DNA of 64,000 bases from an uncultured delta proteobacterium (GCA_963769935.1 CAVYNY010000014.1:84392-148391), one strand, 5' to 3'; counted from the first letter of the stretch, positions 39,133 through 50,698 are shown. The notes: generated by a model from the sequence alone, not told the origin. Program-made: numbers and translations.

Positions 39133-39684
39133 ATGATAGCTTCGGACCCGACTCTGGGTAAATTCGGCATCACGGCACGCTTGTTTAACCTGGTAAGCGA
39201 AATGCCCAAAGACCAGCAGTTGATCCTATTAAAACAATTGGTGGGCCATAAGGTCAGCTCTCATTTATATAAATTGATTGTGGATATGACCGAAGAGCAG
39301 CAGATCATCCTTTTGGAGCAAATGGGCCAGTCGCCCCAGGTGGAATTACCCGTTAAAACGGTGAGCATCGAGGAATCCAGTGCCTCGATGCGGGAACATC
39401 CGCGCAAACCATGCCTGATAAATGCCAATTACAGGATTCAAGATCGCACGTATAAGAGCTATATATTGGATATCAGCATCGGGGGCGTCTTCATTGAATC
39501 CAGTGACAAATTTCCCGTCGGCAACGATGTGGTGCTGAAATTCTCTTTGCACAATCAACAACAGCCGCTCACCTTCAGCGGGAAAATTGCCTGGAGCACC
39601 AGCAAAGGTTTTGGTGTCAAGTTTGAAAATATCAGCGTGCAGCAAAGCGATATCTTAAAAACCTTTATCGCCCAAAAAGAGTAA
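39133..39684 (+). CDS. PilZ-domain (c-di-GMP-binding) protein
   Basis: RxxxR (REHPR) and DxSxxG (DISIGG); AGGAG RBS. Confidence 0.85.
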   Translation: MIASDPTLGKFGITARLFNLVSEMPKDQQLILLKQLVGHKVSSHLYKLIVDMTEEQQIILLEQMGQSPQVELPVKTVSIEESSASMREHPRKPCLINANYRIQDRTYKSYILDISIGGVFIESSDKFPVGNDVVLKFSLHNQQQPLTFSGKIAWSTSKGFGVKFENISVQQSDILKTFIAQKE

Positions 39685-39697
39685 GAGCGGAGGGACT

Positions 39698-40258
39698 ATG
39701 AAATCGGGCCGCATTTTGTTGATTCTGGTGCTGATCATCTTTGGGGTTTCAGCCGTGCACGCCGAAGTTTACACCTGGACCGATAAAGATGGGATCAGGC
39801 ATTACGGCGATTCCCCGCCCGAGGATGCGAAAGATGCCAAAGCTATGTTTCCGGAATATAAGTATGATGAATCGGCGGATAAAAAGCGGACGGAACAGGA
39901 GCAGGAACAGCTGAAATCATTGATCGAGGAGACTAAAAAAGAGGATGCCGCGGCTCAGGCCGAAGAAAGAAAGCGAGTTGAAGAAGCTGAAAAGAATCGC
40001 AAACCCACCCGGCAGGAGCTCATTGATGCTGAAAAGGAACGGCTGGAAAAAAGAATTGCGTATCTCGAAGAACAGCCTTTGGAGTTCTTTGGATCCCAAA
40101 AAAATAAAACCGTCCGCATTGGGTATTACCGCTACCGTCTGCAGGCATTGCTGGAGGACCCGGATAAATATTTCAGCCAGCCGGCATCATTTGAAGGCAA
40201 TCGCAAAGATCCAATTGGAAACGCACCGACGGCGGCTTCGGGCGCAGCCGGATACTGA
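39698..40258 (+). CDS. Secreted DUF4124-domain protein
   Basis: Signal peptide followed by AEVYTWTDKDGIRHYGDSPP and a coiled coil. Confidence 0.8.
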   Translation: MKSGRILLILVLIIFGVSAVHAEVYTWTDKDGIRHYGDSPPEDAKDAKAMFPEYKYDESADKKRTEQEQEQLKSLIEETKKEDAAAQAEERKRVEEAEKNRKPTRQELIDAEKERLEKRIAYLEEQPLEFFGSQKNKTVRIGYYRYRLQALLEDPDKYFSQPASFEGNRKDPIGNAPTAASGAAGY

Positions 40259-40423
40259 CGGGGCGGAAAGTTGCAAAATTTGGTCCGGTGCATTTGACAT
40301 CGGTTATTTTCATCATGGCAGGGGAGGCAAATCGATCCTGTTGGAATAAAGGAACAACTGTTGAGTCTCGGTTTGGCAGGGTTAGGTATTTTAAGGGTAT
40401 CTTATCAAACAGGGAGAAATTTT

Positions 40424-40840
40424 ATGAAACGATTTTTAGTATGGTCCGGCGCGTGTTTGGCAATCGTGTGTTTGTGCTTACTGGTACCGCTTTCGATCCA
40501 GGCCCAGCTGGCCGGGGACGTGACCGTCACTACAGCTGTCATCTGCAAAAACGTTGTCGATCGTCAGCCGGTGGAACCGGGCACAAGTTTCCCGGTTTCG
40601 GTCGGCAGGCTCTATTGCTACACAAAAATCGATAATATCAAAAACGCTGAAAACATCGTGCAAGCGTGGTATTACGGAGACACCCAGCGCGCCTTGGTAT
40701 CGCTGAACATCAATCCACCAAGCTGGCGCACCTACAGTTCAAAAATCATTCAGCCCCACGAAATTGGCGCTTGGCGCGTTGAAATCCTCGACACAAGCGG
40801 AAATTTGCTGAAAACCGTTCGGTTTGAAATCACACCCTGA
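40424..40840 (+). CDS. DUF2914-domain secreted protein
   Basis: Signal peptide; LYCYT...W...WRTYSSK...GAWRVEI. Confidence 0.75.
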   Translation: MKRFLVWSGACLAIVCLCLLVPLSIQAQLAGDVTVTTAVICKNVVDRQPVEPGTSFPVSVGRLYCYTKIDNIKNAENIVQAWYYGDTQRALVSLNINPPSWRTYSSKIIQPHEIGAWRVEILDTSGNLLKTVRFEITP

Positions 40841-40874
40841 AAATAGATCCGACGCTTATCGATCGCAGCAAGGG

Positions 40875-40899
40875 CCGCCCCGTGTCTCACACGGGGCGG
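40875..40899. other. Perfect 11-bp GC hairpin downstream of the DUF2914 gene
   Basis: ccgccccgtgt-ctc-acacggggcgg; no U-tract follows. Confidence 0.5.
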
Positions 40900-41131
40900 A
40901 TTGAGCGTGCCTGCCCCCGGCCGGTTATTCTGTCGCCGGGCGGAATGAGGCCGGAGGACGTCCGTATGAAAATTTGGAAACATCGCCTGGATTTACAAAC
41001 TGGAATAACCTCAAGTTTTTCATTCGCCAACCGATATACCGACATACGTTTCAGAATTCACGCATTCGACGACTCCAATCGGGCCATTCTTTTAAATTGG
41101 GGTTATTTCAGGTAGTTGATCGGAGGTTTTT

Positions 41132-42628
41132 ATGCCAATTGCCAACATGCTGAGCATAACGTCAAACCCTTTTCTGTCCATGATGATATGGATCTTTTTG
41201 CTGCTGGCCGCACTCCATTTTGCCCGCAAACCCTTTCATCGGGCGGTGAGCAGTCTCGGAAAAATTATCCATAACGCCATGCGGCTGACGGCGGCCGGTG
41301 TACTTTCAGCTGAAAAAAGCCTGCTTCGGCGCAATCGCGAAGTGCTGCTGGCGGCCGGACTGGAAAAGGCCGAACGTTTAGTCGAAAGGGAATTCGACCG
41401 CATTAATGTAGCCGTGGTCAGGGATCTGGAAGGCTTTCCGAATGTTCAGCGCCAGCTGGTGGAACTGATCACCCGTCTGGATGAGGACTACAGCCGGAGT
41501 GCCGATTTGCCGCCCTCGCTGCCGAACTGGCTGCCGGTCATCGAATCGATCGCAAATATCAAACACAGCGGGGATTCAATGGTCGCCAACATGTTGGGTG
41601 AAATCAATCGATCTCTGTCCGAGCAGCACAAATCCGCCATTGACAACTACCGCAACGCCAACGCCCAACGCCATGCTATTTTGAACAAGCTGCTGCCGGT
41701 ATGGCGCAGGGTACAGAAAATGCTCAGCACCGTCGGCAAATCCGTCGGCAACCTGAACCAGCGGGCCCGAAGTATCGACCGTTATATGGATGAGTATGAG
41801 CAGATCCGTTTGCAGACGGATAAAGCTGCCCGGATGCTCTCATCTTCTTCGCTGGCACAATTTTTTATTGCCGGTGTGTTTCTGATGATCGCCTTTGGCG
41901 GTGCTCTGATCAACTTCAACCTGATTGCGATGCCCATGGCTGCGATGGTCGGCGTTGCCAGCCGCATCGGACCCTACCAGACATCGGATATTGCGGCCCT
42001 GTTTATTATCCTGACCGAATTGACGATGGGGCTCTTTTTGATGGAATCACTGCGAATAACGCGCTTGTTTCCGGTCATCGGCGGCATGGATGATAAAATG
42101 CGCCATCTGATAATGTGGGTAACCTTCGTCCTGTTGGCCGTCCTGGCCGGAGTTGAATCAGCCCTGGCGATTATGAGTGATCAGATTGCACAAAATATGG
42201 CAGCGTTGCGCCAGACCCTGGCGGCCGGACTTGAGCCGGGCCCCATGGTGAACAGCATGATCCCTACCATCGGACAGATGATTATCGGCTTTGTCCTGCC
42301 TTTTGCGCTGGCATTTGTGTCCATCCCGCTGGAATCATTTGTTTCATCTACCCGTATGGTGCTTGGAATCGTTGTCGCCGCCGGCCTGAGATCTATCGCT
42401 TTTTTGCTCCGCTTGATTGGAAACGCCGGATATTACACCGCGCGCTTGGTGGTCAACCTGTATGATTTGCTGATCTTTCCAAGCATATGGCTGGAAGGCG
42501 TGATTGTGGGCTCCAGAACGAAAAGCAAACCTGCTTCCGACAAACAACTTTTTGAAGACAGCGCCGTTGCCGAAAAAACAGTTGACAATTTCAAGGGCGC
42601 CGTTGATTATAAAGAGCATCCGGACTGA
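41132..42628 (+). CDS. Hypothetical membrane protein (N-terminal TM, coiled coil, multi-TM C-terminal half)
   Basis: 498-aa ORF with GGAGG RBS and a clear hydrophobic pattern. Confidence 0.75.
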   Translation: MPIANMLSITSNPFLSMMIWIFLLLAALHFARKPFHRAVSSLGKIIHNAMRLTAAGVLSAEKSLLRRNREVLLAAGLEKAERLVEREFDRINVAVVRDLEGFPNVQRQLVELITRLDEDYSRSADLPPSLPNWLPVIESIANIKHSGDSMVANMLGEINRSLSEQHKSAIDNYRNANAQRHAILNKLLPVWRRVQKMLSTVGKSVGNLNQRARSIDRYMDEYEQIRLQTDKAARMLSSSSLAQFFIAGVFLMIAFGGALINFNLIAMPMAAMVGVASRIGPYQTSDIAALFIILTELTMGLFLMESLRITRLFPVIGGMDDKMRHLIMWVTFVLLAVLAGVESALAIMSDQIAQNMAALRQTLAAGLEPGPMVNSMIPTIGQMIIGFVLPFALAFVSIPLESFVSSTRMVLGIVVAAGLRSIAFLLRLIGNAGYYTARLVVNLYDLLIFPSIWLEGVIVGSRTKSKPASDKQLFEDSAVAEKTVDNFKGAVDYKEHPD

Positions 42629-42802
42629 AGGAAATCACCCAATCGCTCATCTCCGGTTAGGCCATCCATTGACTTGAAAATGATTCTTGGCCAAAGTCCC
42701 AAGGCTGCCTTTAGTCTAAATCCCTAATTCGATTTGTAATCCCGAATTTTTTATAGTAATTGTGGAGCAGCTGTTCTCAAAGGCGGGAGGATATGGATTG
42801 AG

Positions 42803-44195
42803 CATGCAGAAAGCCGGCGATGTCGCGCGTTACAAATCACCGTTTGCCATTCGAAATGTTCGATTGTTTATCGCCTTTCGGCTCTTTTTTAACGCCCGGT
42901 TTTATTATCCGGTCTTCACCATCCTATTTTTGGATTTCGGATTGACCCTCGAGCAGTTTGCGCTGCTGAATGCCGCCTGGGCTGCGGCTATCGTGTTATT
43001 AGAGGTGCCTTCGGGGGCCCTGGCGGACACTTTTGGACGGCGGAACTTATTGGTGGTGACGGGTGTTTTGATGGTGATCGAAATCGCCCTGCTCTGTTTT
43101 GTCCCGTTGGGAAATCCCGGTTTGCTTTTTGCGGTGTTTCTGGCTAATCGGGTTTTAAGCGGGGCGGCCGAGGCGGCCGCAAGCGGAGCGGATGAGGCGA
43201 TTGCCTATGATTCTCTGAAAAAAGAGGGTGATGCGCGCGACTGGCCGCGGGTCCTGGAAAAGCAAATGCGGGTGCAATCCATTGGATCCATTGGGGCCAT
43301 GAGCATCGGCGCAGCCGTTTATGATCCGGCTTTGATGCAGCAGGCGGCGGATACGCTGGGGTTAAGGCTTCATTTGACCCAGGCGATTACCCTGCGCTTT
43401 CCGCTGTATCTCACCCTTATCTTTGCGGTTATTACCCTGCTGACGACTTTGCGCATGCAGGAGCCGTTGCTGCCCGACCCCGCGGGTGGTTCGGCTGTGC
43501 AAGGCAGCCGATCCATTGTTCAGGCCTTTAAATTGACCCTGCAGGCCGGCAGTTGGATTTTGCGGACGCCCTTTGCGCTGGTGATCATCCTCGCCGGTTT
43601 GATTTTTGATAACTGCATTCGCATGGTGATGACTTTATGTAGTCAGTACTACCGGTTAATCAGCCTGCCGGAGGCCTCCTTCGGTTTGATCGGCTCGGGA
43701 TTGGCGATGCTCGGCCTGGTTCTGCCCAAACTGGCTTACAAAATGGTAAGCCGACGCTCGCCGGCTTTTAATTTGGGGAGTATGACCGTGCTCACGTTGT
43801 GCGGCCTGGTCGGCATGACGTTTTTTATCCCCGTTGTCGGCCTGCTGCCGGTGGTGCTGCTTTCCGCCGTGATGTATTTGGGCCGCTTTTTCCTGAGCCA
43901 TTATCTGAACCGCATTACCGCCTCCCACCAGCGGGCCACGGTTTTAAGTTTTAAAGGCTTGTCGTTCAACCTGGCCTATGGTTTGATCGGGATCCTGTAT
44001 TCCATACTGCTGGCTTTTCTGCGGCCGCAGATTGCGGCCTCGGTCCCGGACATAACCCGCATCAATCTTGAAAATGCCGTATTTATTGAATCAATGGGTT
44101 GGTTTCCCTGGTACTTTCTTTTAACCATGATTGTCCTGCTGGCGGTCGCTCGCCGGCAATTGCAGAACACGACGGAATATAAAACTCCGGCCTAG
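42803..44195 (+). CDS. MFS transporter (start uncertain: 42762 or nearby ATG)
   Basis: LEVPSGALADTFGRR motif A, SGADEA, RATVLS; about 12 TMs. Confidence 0.85.
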
Positions 44196-44308
44196 GCGAT
44201 AGACGGATTTTTCCTATTGCCTTTATTGCAAAAGGGGACTATCAAAACTCTTGCCACCTGATGGTTCCAGCAAGCCCTATTTAAATTGAGGAGGCTGCTG
44301 TGAGATAT

Positions 44309-44535
44309 AAAAAATTCCAAGCTCCAAAAAAACAAATAACAAACAATATACAAATTCAAAGCACCAATGACCCAAACGAATGGCTTACCATAAGGAGTGT
44401 CCTTTGGTCTCAACTCAGACTGAATGTTGCAAGTCAGAGCCATCCGAGCAGGTTTAACACATGATATTCAGAACATTGTTTCGGATTTGGGGTTTGGAAT
44501 TTGGGATTTATTTGGAATTTGAGATTTGGGATTTA
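44309..44535. repeat. Inverted pair of degenerate heptamer-repeat arms (ccaaat / atttgg)
   Basis: Left arm aaaattccaagctccaaa...cccaaac; right arm gtttcggatttggggtttggaatttgggattt. Confidence 0.7.
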
Positions 44536-44626
44536 TACGACTTGATTCCGACGAGCAGCGTATACTTAAATCTAACCGAGTTTTGTAAATTACATCTGTG
44601 ACATAACAATAGGAAGGCTGAACGCC

Positions 44627-45298
44627 ATGGTCGACTCAGGCAATGACAACCGCGAAGATTTCATCATTAATAAAGACGATGCTGAAGAAGAAGCAGAAGA
44701 TTTCCACCGCGAAGGATATTACGGCACCTCCACGGATATTTTCCGCAAAAAATCCGCCCTGCCGTTTATCATCGGCGGCGTCGGCCTGATTGTGCTCGTC
44801 TTGATCTTCGGCATAATTCTATCCGGTCGTAATGAGGGCGCTGACCGGCAGTCACTGCAGTTGCTTGAAACAAGAATTGAACAACTCGAGAAAAAGCTGG
44901 CAGCCATCGGTGCAATGGATCAAACCCTTGAGCAGCTCGAAAAGCAAGAGCAGGGACTCAACGCGATGGGTGAACGGTTCAAAGTTTTCGAATCGACCGT
45001 TAACACTCAAATCGACCAGATCATTAAAGAACTTGGCACCTTGCACCAGAAATTAGACCGGACCCCGGTCGCCAAAACGCAAGCGTTGCCGCCGGCTGAA
45101 AAAAAAGCGCCGGCCGCAGCGCAGAAAAAGGCGGCGGCCCCTGAAATTTATCAGGTTCAAACCGGCGACACCCTCTTCAGAATCAGCCGGCGTTTTGGTC
45201 TAACGGTGGATCAGTTGCGAAGCTATAACAACCTTGCCCAGGATGCTGCAATTCATCCCGGCCAAAAACTCAACTTAAGACCGAATGGAAAGCAGTAG
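44627..45298 (+). CDS. Membrane-anchored coiled-coil LysM protein
   Basis: One TM, a coiled coil and C-terminal YQVQTGDTLFRISRRFGLTVDQLRSYNNL...IHPGQKL. Confidence 0.85.
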   Translation: MVDSGNDNREDFIINKDDAEEEAEDFHREGYYGTSTDIFRKKSALPFIIGGVGLIVLVLIFGIILSGRNEGADRQSLQLLETRIEQLEKKLAAIGAMDQTLEQLEKQEQGLNAMGERFKVFESTVNTQIDQIIKELGTLHQKLDRTPVAKTQALPPAEKKAPAAAQKKAAAPEIYQVQTGDTLFRISRRFGLTVDQLRSYNNLAQDAAIHPGQKLNLRPNGKQ

Positions 45299-45428
45299 CA
45301 GCGGGCACTGGGGCGCTAATTTCTGATCCGGCACAGATTCGGAGCAGCCCCGTGGTGATCCGTAGCAGCCCGTAATATAATGCCATGACAAATTCTACAA
45401 TAGACAGCTCAAAAGGTCTTGGAAGACA

Positions 45429-45603
45429 CTAAAATTCCAAATCCCAAGCACCAAATCCCAAAAAATATCCAAATTAGAATTTCCAATAACCGAAACATGT
45501 TGGTCACTTAATTGATTCTCCGCAATCATTGCGCCTGTTTTGAATTTTGGATTTCGGTCATTGGCATTTGTTTGAAATTTGGATTTTGGTGCTTGGAAAT
45601 TAG
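45429..45603. repeat. Inverted pair of degenerate heptamer-repeat arms (second copy of the family)
   Basis: ctaaaattccaaatcccaagcaccaaatccc ... tggattttggtgcttggaaattag. Confidence 0.75.
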
Positions 45604-45670
45604 ATAACTTTGAGTAACCAAGCAACTTTTGGTTCACTTGACTACTTGTTTAATTTTGGCAGCCCGCAGT

Positions 45671-48600
45671 ATGGCCCCCAATGTTCTCAACAGCGTCGGC
45701 TTTCACCCGCTAATAAAAAGCTGGTTCAGGGATCGATTTACATCTGCCAGCCCACCCCAGCAAGCCGGCTGGCCGTCTATCGCCGCCGGCAATCACACGC
45801 TCATCCTGGCACCGACCGGTTCAGGCAAGACCCTGGCCGCGTTTTTGTGGTGTATCGACGAGTTATTGCGCCAATCTTTGAAAGCCGGGTCCCCGCAATT
45901 TGAGACAGGCTTGGGATGTATCCACACCCTGTACATTTCACCGCTGAAGGCCCTCAACAACGACATTTATCATAACCTGAAAGCACCTCTTAAGGAAATT
46001 CACCGGCTGGCCGCGGACGGCAACCTTGAACTGCCTCAAATCCGCGCCGCCGTGCGCACCGGTGATACACCTTCCCATGTGCGCCGGGCCATGCTGCGGC
46101 TGCCTCCGCACATCTTAATTACAACTCCGGAATCGCTCTACCTGCTGCTCGGCACTGAGCGCGGTCGGGAGCTGTTCCATGATTTAAAATATGTTATTGT
46201 CGATGAAATTCACGCCCTCAGCGGCAACAAACGCGGCGTCCATTTGAGTCTCTCACTGGAGCGTCTGATGACATTGTGCCGGACGGAACCGGTCCGCATC
46301 GGCCTTTCGGCCACCCAGAAACCGCTGGACCGAATTGCCGCCTTTCTCGGCGGGCAGCGCTTCAACGGTTCAAAAACCAAAGCCGTGCCGCGGCCGGTCC
46401 GCATAATTGATTGCGGGCAGCGCCAAGACATCGATCTCAAAGTGCTCACACCGGTTAAAACTTTCCGCGAACTGCCTGAATCCAGTATCTGGCAGCCGGT
46501 TTACCGGACTCTTTACGAGTTGATTCGGGCGCATAAAACCACCCTGGTCTTTGTCGGAATGCGGTCCCAAACCGAAAAAATTGCGCGGGCGTTGAATCAA
46601 TTACACCACCGGATCACGGGTGATTCGCAAACTGAACTTGCCCTGGCGCACCACGGCAGCATTTCGCGCGAAGCCCGCTATGACATTGAAGCCCGCCTGA
46701 AAGCGGGAAAAATTCCGGCAGTCATCGCAACCGCCTCCCTGGAGCTTGGCATCGATATCGGCAGCATCGATCTGGTCGTGCAGCTGGAGGCGCCGCGCAG
46801 TGTTTCCGGCGCGTTGCAGCGGGTCGGCCGCAGCGGGCATTTACTTTCAGCCACCCGCAAAGGCCGGATCATCGTGCTGTATCCGGCCGACCTGGATGAT
46901 GCGGTTGCCATTGTACGCTGTATGATTGCGGCCGATATCGAAGAAACCGGAATTCCGGAAAATGCCCTGGATGTCCTGGCCCAGCAAATCGTAGCGGAAG
47001 TGGCGGTTAAATCGTGGCATTATGAAGATTTATTGCAGTTGATCCGCCAAAGTTATTGCTACCGGGATTTACCCCGCTCGGCATTTAAATCTGTCGTGGA
47101 AATGCTGAGCGGCAAGTTCGCCGCTGTACCCTTGCAGGCCCTGAGTGCACGCTTGAACTGGGACCGGGTCAACAACCAATTGATCGCCCGGCGCGGCAGC
47201 CGACTGGCCGCCGTGCTGAACGGGGGCACCATTCCGGACCGCGGGTATTACGGGGTTTATCTGGAAAACGCCAATGTAAAACTGGGAGAAGTCGAGGAGG
47301 AATTTGCATTTGAATCCCGGGTGGGCGAAGTGTTTTTTCTCGGCAACAGCGAGTGGCTGATCAAACAGATCCAACAGGATCGCATCATCGTCAGCCCCAT
47401 GGCGGCCATCAATCCCCGGGCGCCTTTCTGGAAAGGCGGTGTCCTGCACCGCGGCTATTCAACCAGCCTTAAAATCGGGCAATTTCGACGGCAGCTGCTG
47501 CAGAAAATGGACCGTAACCAGGCCGAAACCTGGCTGTTACAGGAATGCGCAGCGGATGCGTACACCGCCTCCAATCTGGTCGATTACTTTGGACGCCAGC
47601 GCGCTAAAGGCCGGTTGATTGCAACGGACAAACAGGTGGTAGCCGAAGTCAGCGTCGACGCGGGCGGCCAACCCCTGCTCATCATCCATGCACCATTCGG
47701 CGCCCGGGTAAACGGTGCCTGGGCCATCGCCTTATCGACGGCCCTCGAATCCCATTATCACACCCAGTTTCAGTATTCTTTTGATGACGACGGCATCTTG
47801 ATTCGGCTGCCGGACACGACCGAACCGCCGCCCCTGGACCGGCTTTTTAAAATATCTGGGCCCGAGATTGAAGCGCATCTCATGGAGGCCTTGCCCCGCT
47901 CTCCTGTTTTTCAGGTCCATTTTCGCTACAATGCCGCGCGCGCTCTGATGTTGCCGCGCTCACACCCCGGCCGGCGGGTCCCGCTGTGGCTGCAGCGGCT
48001 GCGGGCTTCCGATCTGCTGCAAGCCGTCAGCAGCTATCGGGAATTTCCGGTTGTTGTCGAAACCTACCGCGAATGTCTGCAGGATGTGTTTGACCTGGCC
48101 GCTTTGAAAATAATTGTCGGCCGCATAATCCGGGGACAAATCCGCGTTGATGTGGTCAATACTCCGGCTCCCTCGCCCATGGCCGCCGGCATTTTATTTA
48201 AATTTGTCTCCGTCTACCTCTACGAAGCGGATCAAAGCCGCCGCCCGCAGGCAGGCTTGAGCGTCAGCAGCGAAATATTGGAGCCGCTGCTGGACAGCAG
48301 CCGCCTGCCGGCCATTCTTACGCCCGAACTCGTCCTGCAGGCCGAAAGGCGCTGGCAGCACCTGGATCCCTATTTCCAGGCCGAAACCGCCGAAGATTTA
48401 TTCGGCATTATCGAAAAGCTGGGACCGATGGATGAAGAAAATCTGGCCCGCCGCTGCAAAGTTGATCCGGGGCCGCTGCTGCATGAATTAAAAAAGGCCG
48501 ATCGGATAGTCTCCGTCGACCGGCTGCCGCCCACCTCCCCCGGCCGCATTTGGCAGCTGAAAGAAATAGAAACGAAAAGCATCGGCGAGGACGACCGCAC

Positions 48601-50221
48601 CGGCAACCTGCAGGCAGTTCAGCGCTACCTGCAATCCCGCGGTCCGGTTGACAGCGATATGATTCAAGCCGATCTGGGACTGCCGCATGATTTAATAGCG
48701 GCGGTCCTGAACCGATTGCTGGCCGAAAAACAGGTAATTCGCGGCCGGCTGATTGAGGGCCTGGCTGAGACGCAATGGTGTGACCGGCATAATTTTGCCC
48801 GGCTGTACCGCATGGCGGTCGGCCGGCGCCGGATGGTTCAAAACCCGGCCGATCGCACTGTTTTTATGAGATTTTTACTGCAATGGCATCGCATTGCCGG
48901 ACCGGCGCCACCCCTGTTGGAAGTTATCGGACGGTATCGCGGCTATCGATTCCCATTTCATTTTTTTGAGCGTGAAGTTTTGCGCTCGCGCTATCGTGAG
49001 ACGCCAGCGGCGACCTATAAAGATCGCCTGGCCGAGTTGGAAGCCCGGATAGCAAACGGAGAGGTCATCGCCTGCGCGGGCCGCAGCGGGGATACGGGCC
49101 GTAGATATGTGGAGTTTCGCATGCGGGGCGAAGGCCGCATGTTTACTGCACCGGAAGCGCTTGGGGGACGTGCAGAAAATTTGGGCCCGCTCGGCAGAAC
49201 CGCCTTTGAATTCCTGCGGGAGAATGGAGCCAGTTACGGCATGGATCTGGAATCGGGCACCGGCCTGACTTATCCGCGGCTGCGGCACGCACTCCAGGAA
49301 CTGGTCGCAAATGGGCTGGCAAGTTGTGAAAACTATCCCTGTTTTTTGTCCATTTTTCAAGCGGCATTGAAACCGGAAAAAACCCATACCGATGGCCTCC
49401 AGCTTGCCGGCAGGGCACCGCATGGGTTCGCGAAAAGACGTTTCACCGGACCTTTAAAATCAGAAATCCGAAATAGGCTTCGGCAAAAAAATCAGTTTGA
49501 GGATGGCCGCTGGTTTTTGACAACTTCATTCGGGGCTCTGGGAAGGCCGGCCGATGCAAATCAACGGGTAGAATGGCAGGCCCGTTTGCTGCTCGAGCGC
49601 TATGGGATTCTCGTCAAAGAATGGTACCGCCGGGAACAGGGGCTGCTTCCCTGGTATCCGATCTTTCAAGTGCTGAAACGCCTGGAGTGGCAGGGAGAAA
49701 TCCGCCGGGGCTATTTTGTTGCCGGGCTCTCCGGGGTGCAATTTGCGCTGCCGGCCGCCGTCGAATTGCTGGCCGAGATAAACAGTGATCCCTCGGCCGG
49801 CGACGAAAGACCGGTCCTGCTCAGCAGCCTGGATCCGGCGCTGCCTTTCGGCGCAGGTATTGATTGGAATCGCGGCGATCGGCCGGGCAAGCCCTTGAAA
49901 ATAGTTCGGTCGGCCGCCAATCATTTGGTCCTGGGAAACGGTCGGATCGTCATGGTTTGCGAAAACTTTTTCCAACGCCTTACGGTTTTTAGCGAACTGT
50001 CATCCCAAAATTGGCAATTGGTGGCAGCCATGTTCTCGGAATACTTGAAAATGCCGCCCCCCGTCAAACCTGTCAACCGGATTGAAATTCATGAAATCAA
50101 CAGCCTTCCCGCGGCCGCAAGCCCGCTCTCGGAACAGTTGCTGGAATTCGGTTTTGAAAAAGACGGCAATACTCTGATATTGTGGCCGTCTGCGGCGGAA
50201 AGCATAGCGCATAGCGCATAG
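45671..50221 (+). CDS. lhr: Lhr-family SF2 helicase, long form
   Basis: APTGSGKT, YISPLKAL, DEIH, SAT, HHGS, ATASLELGID, QRVGRSGH, GGTIPDRG; C-terminal EIRRGYFVAGLSGVQFA. Confidence 0.92.
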   Translation: MAPNVLNSVGFHPLIKSWFRDRFTSASPPQQAGWPSIAAGNHTLILAPTGSGKTLAAFLWCIDELLRQSLKAGSPQFETGLGCIHTLYISPLKALNNDIYHNLKAPLKEIHRLAADGNLELPQIRAAVRTGDTPSHVRRAMLRLPPHILITTPESLYLLLGTERGRELFHDLKYVIVDEIHALSGNKRGVHLSLSLERLMTLCRTEPVRIGLSATQKPLDRIAAFLGGQRFNGSKTKAVPRPVRIIDCGQRQDIDLKVLTPVKTFRELPESSIWQPVYRTLYELIRAHKTTLVFVGMRSQTEKIARALNQLHHRITGDSQTELALAHHGSISREARYDIEARLKAGKIPAVIATASLELGIDIGSIDLVVQLEAPRSVSGALQRVGRSGHLLSATRKGRIIVLYPADLDDAVAIVRCMIAADIEETGIPENALDVLAQQIVAEVAVKSWHYEDLLQLIRQSYCYRDLPRSAFKSVVEMLSGKFAAVPLQALSARLNWDRVNNQLIARRGSRLAAVLNGGTIPDRGYYGVYLENANVKLGEVEEEFAFESRVGEVFFLGNSEWLIKQIQQDRIIVSPMAAINPRAPFWKGGVLHRGYSTSLKIGQFRRQLLQKMDRNQAETWLLQECAADAYTASNLVDYFGRQRAKGRLIATDKQVVAEVSVDAGGQPLLIIHAPFGARVNGAWAIALSTALESHYHTQFQYSFDDDGILIRLPDTTEPPPLDRLFKISGPEIEAHLMEALPRSPVFQVHFRYNAARALMLPRSHPGRRVPLWLQRLRASDLLQAVSSYREFPVVVETYRECLQDVFDLAALKIIVGRIIRGQIRVDVVNTPAPSPMAAGILFKFVSVYLYEADQSRRPQAGLSVSSEILEPLLDSSRLPAILTPELVLQAERRWQHLDPYFQAETAEDLFGIIEKLGPMDEENLARRCKVDPGPLLHELKKADRIVSVDRLPPTSPGRIWQLKEIETKSIGEDDRTGNLQAVQRYLQSRGPVDSDMIQADLGLPHDLIAAVLNRLLAEKQVIRGRLIEGLAETQWCDRHNFARLYRMAVGRRRMVQNPADRTVFMRFLLQWHRIAGPAPPLLEVIGRYRGYRFPFHFFEREVLRSRYRETPAATYKDRLAELEARIANGEVIACAGRSGDTGRRYVEFRMRGEGRMFTAPEALGGRAENLGPLGRTAFEFLRENGASYGMDLESGTGLTYPRLRHALQELVANGLASCENYPCFLSIFQAALKPEKTHTDGLQLAGRAPHGFAKRRFTGPLKSEIRNRLRQKNQFEDGRWFLTTSFGALGRPADANQRVEWQARLLLERYGILVKEWYRREQGLLPWYPIFQVLKRLEWQGEIRRGYFVAGLSGVQFALPAAVELLAEINSDPSAGDERPVLLSSLDPALPFGAGIDWNRGDRPGKPLKIVRSAANHLVLGNGRIVMVCENFFQRLTVFSELSSQNWQLVAAMFSEYLKMPPPVKPVNRIEIHEINSLPAAASPLSEQLLEFGFEKDGNTLILWPSAAESIAHSA

Positions 50222-50410
50222 CGCAAAAAAGCGAACGCCGGCACCGCCGCATTCCAACCTCAAAAAACTGCCCGTATCGAAACGTTATTATGACAAACGC
50301 TCTAATTGCCCGTCACCCATCATCACCCTATGCCCTAGGTCCCATGCCCTTTGCTCTATGCGCCAGACCCTATGCCCTAAACTTCAGTGATCCCGCAACT
50401 CGCAACCCAC
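50200..50410. repeat. Heptamer repeats gcatagc / ctatgc (inverted arms) plus cgcaacc units
   Basis: agcatagcgcatagcgcatagcgc at 50201-50224; ccctatgccctaggtcccatgccctttgctctatgcgc from about 50327. Confidence 0.7.
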
Positions 50411-50698
50411 ACAGGTTTCACTCAAATCCAGGCGGCTCAATTATTTCCAATAAAACAATAAAGCTTTTTTTATAAATGCCGATATCTTGAATCAGAATCA
50501 GGCCGACCGGAGCATAAAATTGCAGGTGCTTATCACCAAAAGAGCCGACGCGTATAACCCTGCGCGCTTACGGACACCAACAAAAAACGGCCGCATCCGG
50601 CAAATCAACCAGGATTTGAGCATATGAAATAAAAATGTCCCATGGATTCAAAGCGAGTCCATTGACCGGCTAAAAAAAATCAAGCAAGGGGAAAACTT

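Noticed and set aside
45395..45637. Short ORFs at 44192-44443, 45395-45637, 50290-50475 and 61721-62089
   Set aside because: They are translations of heptamer-repeat DNA with low-complexity products and no RBS.
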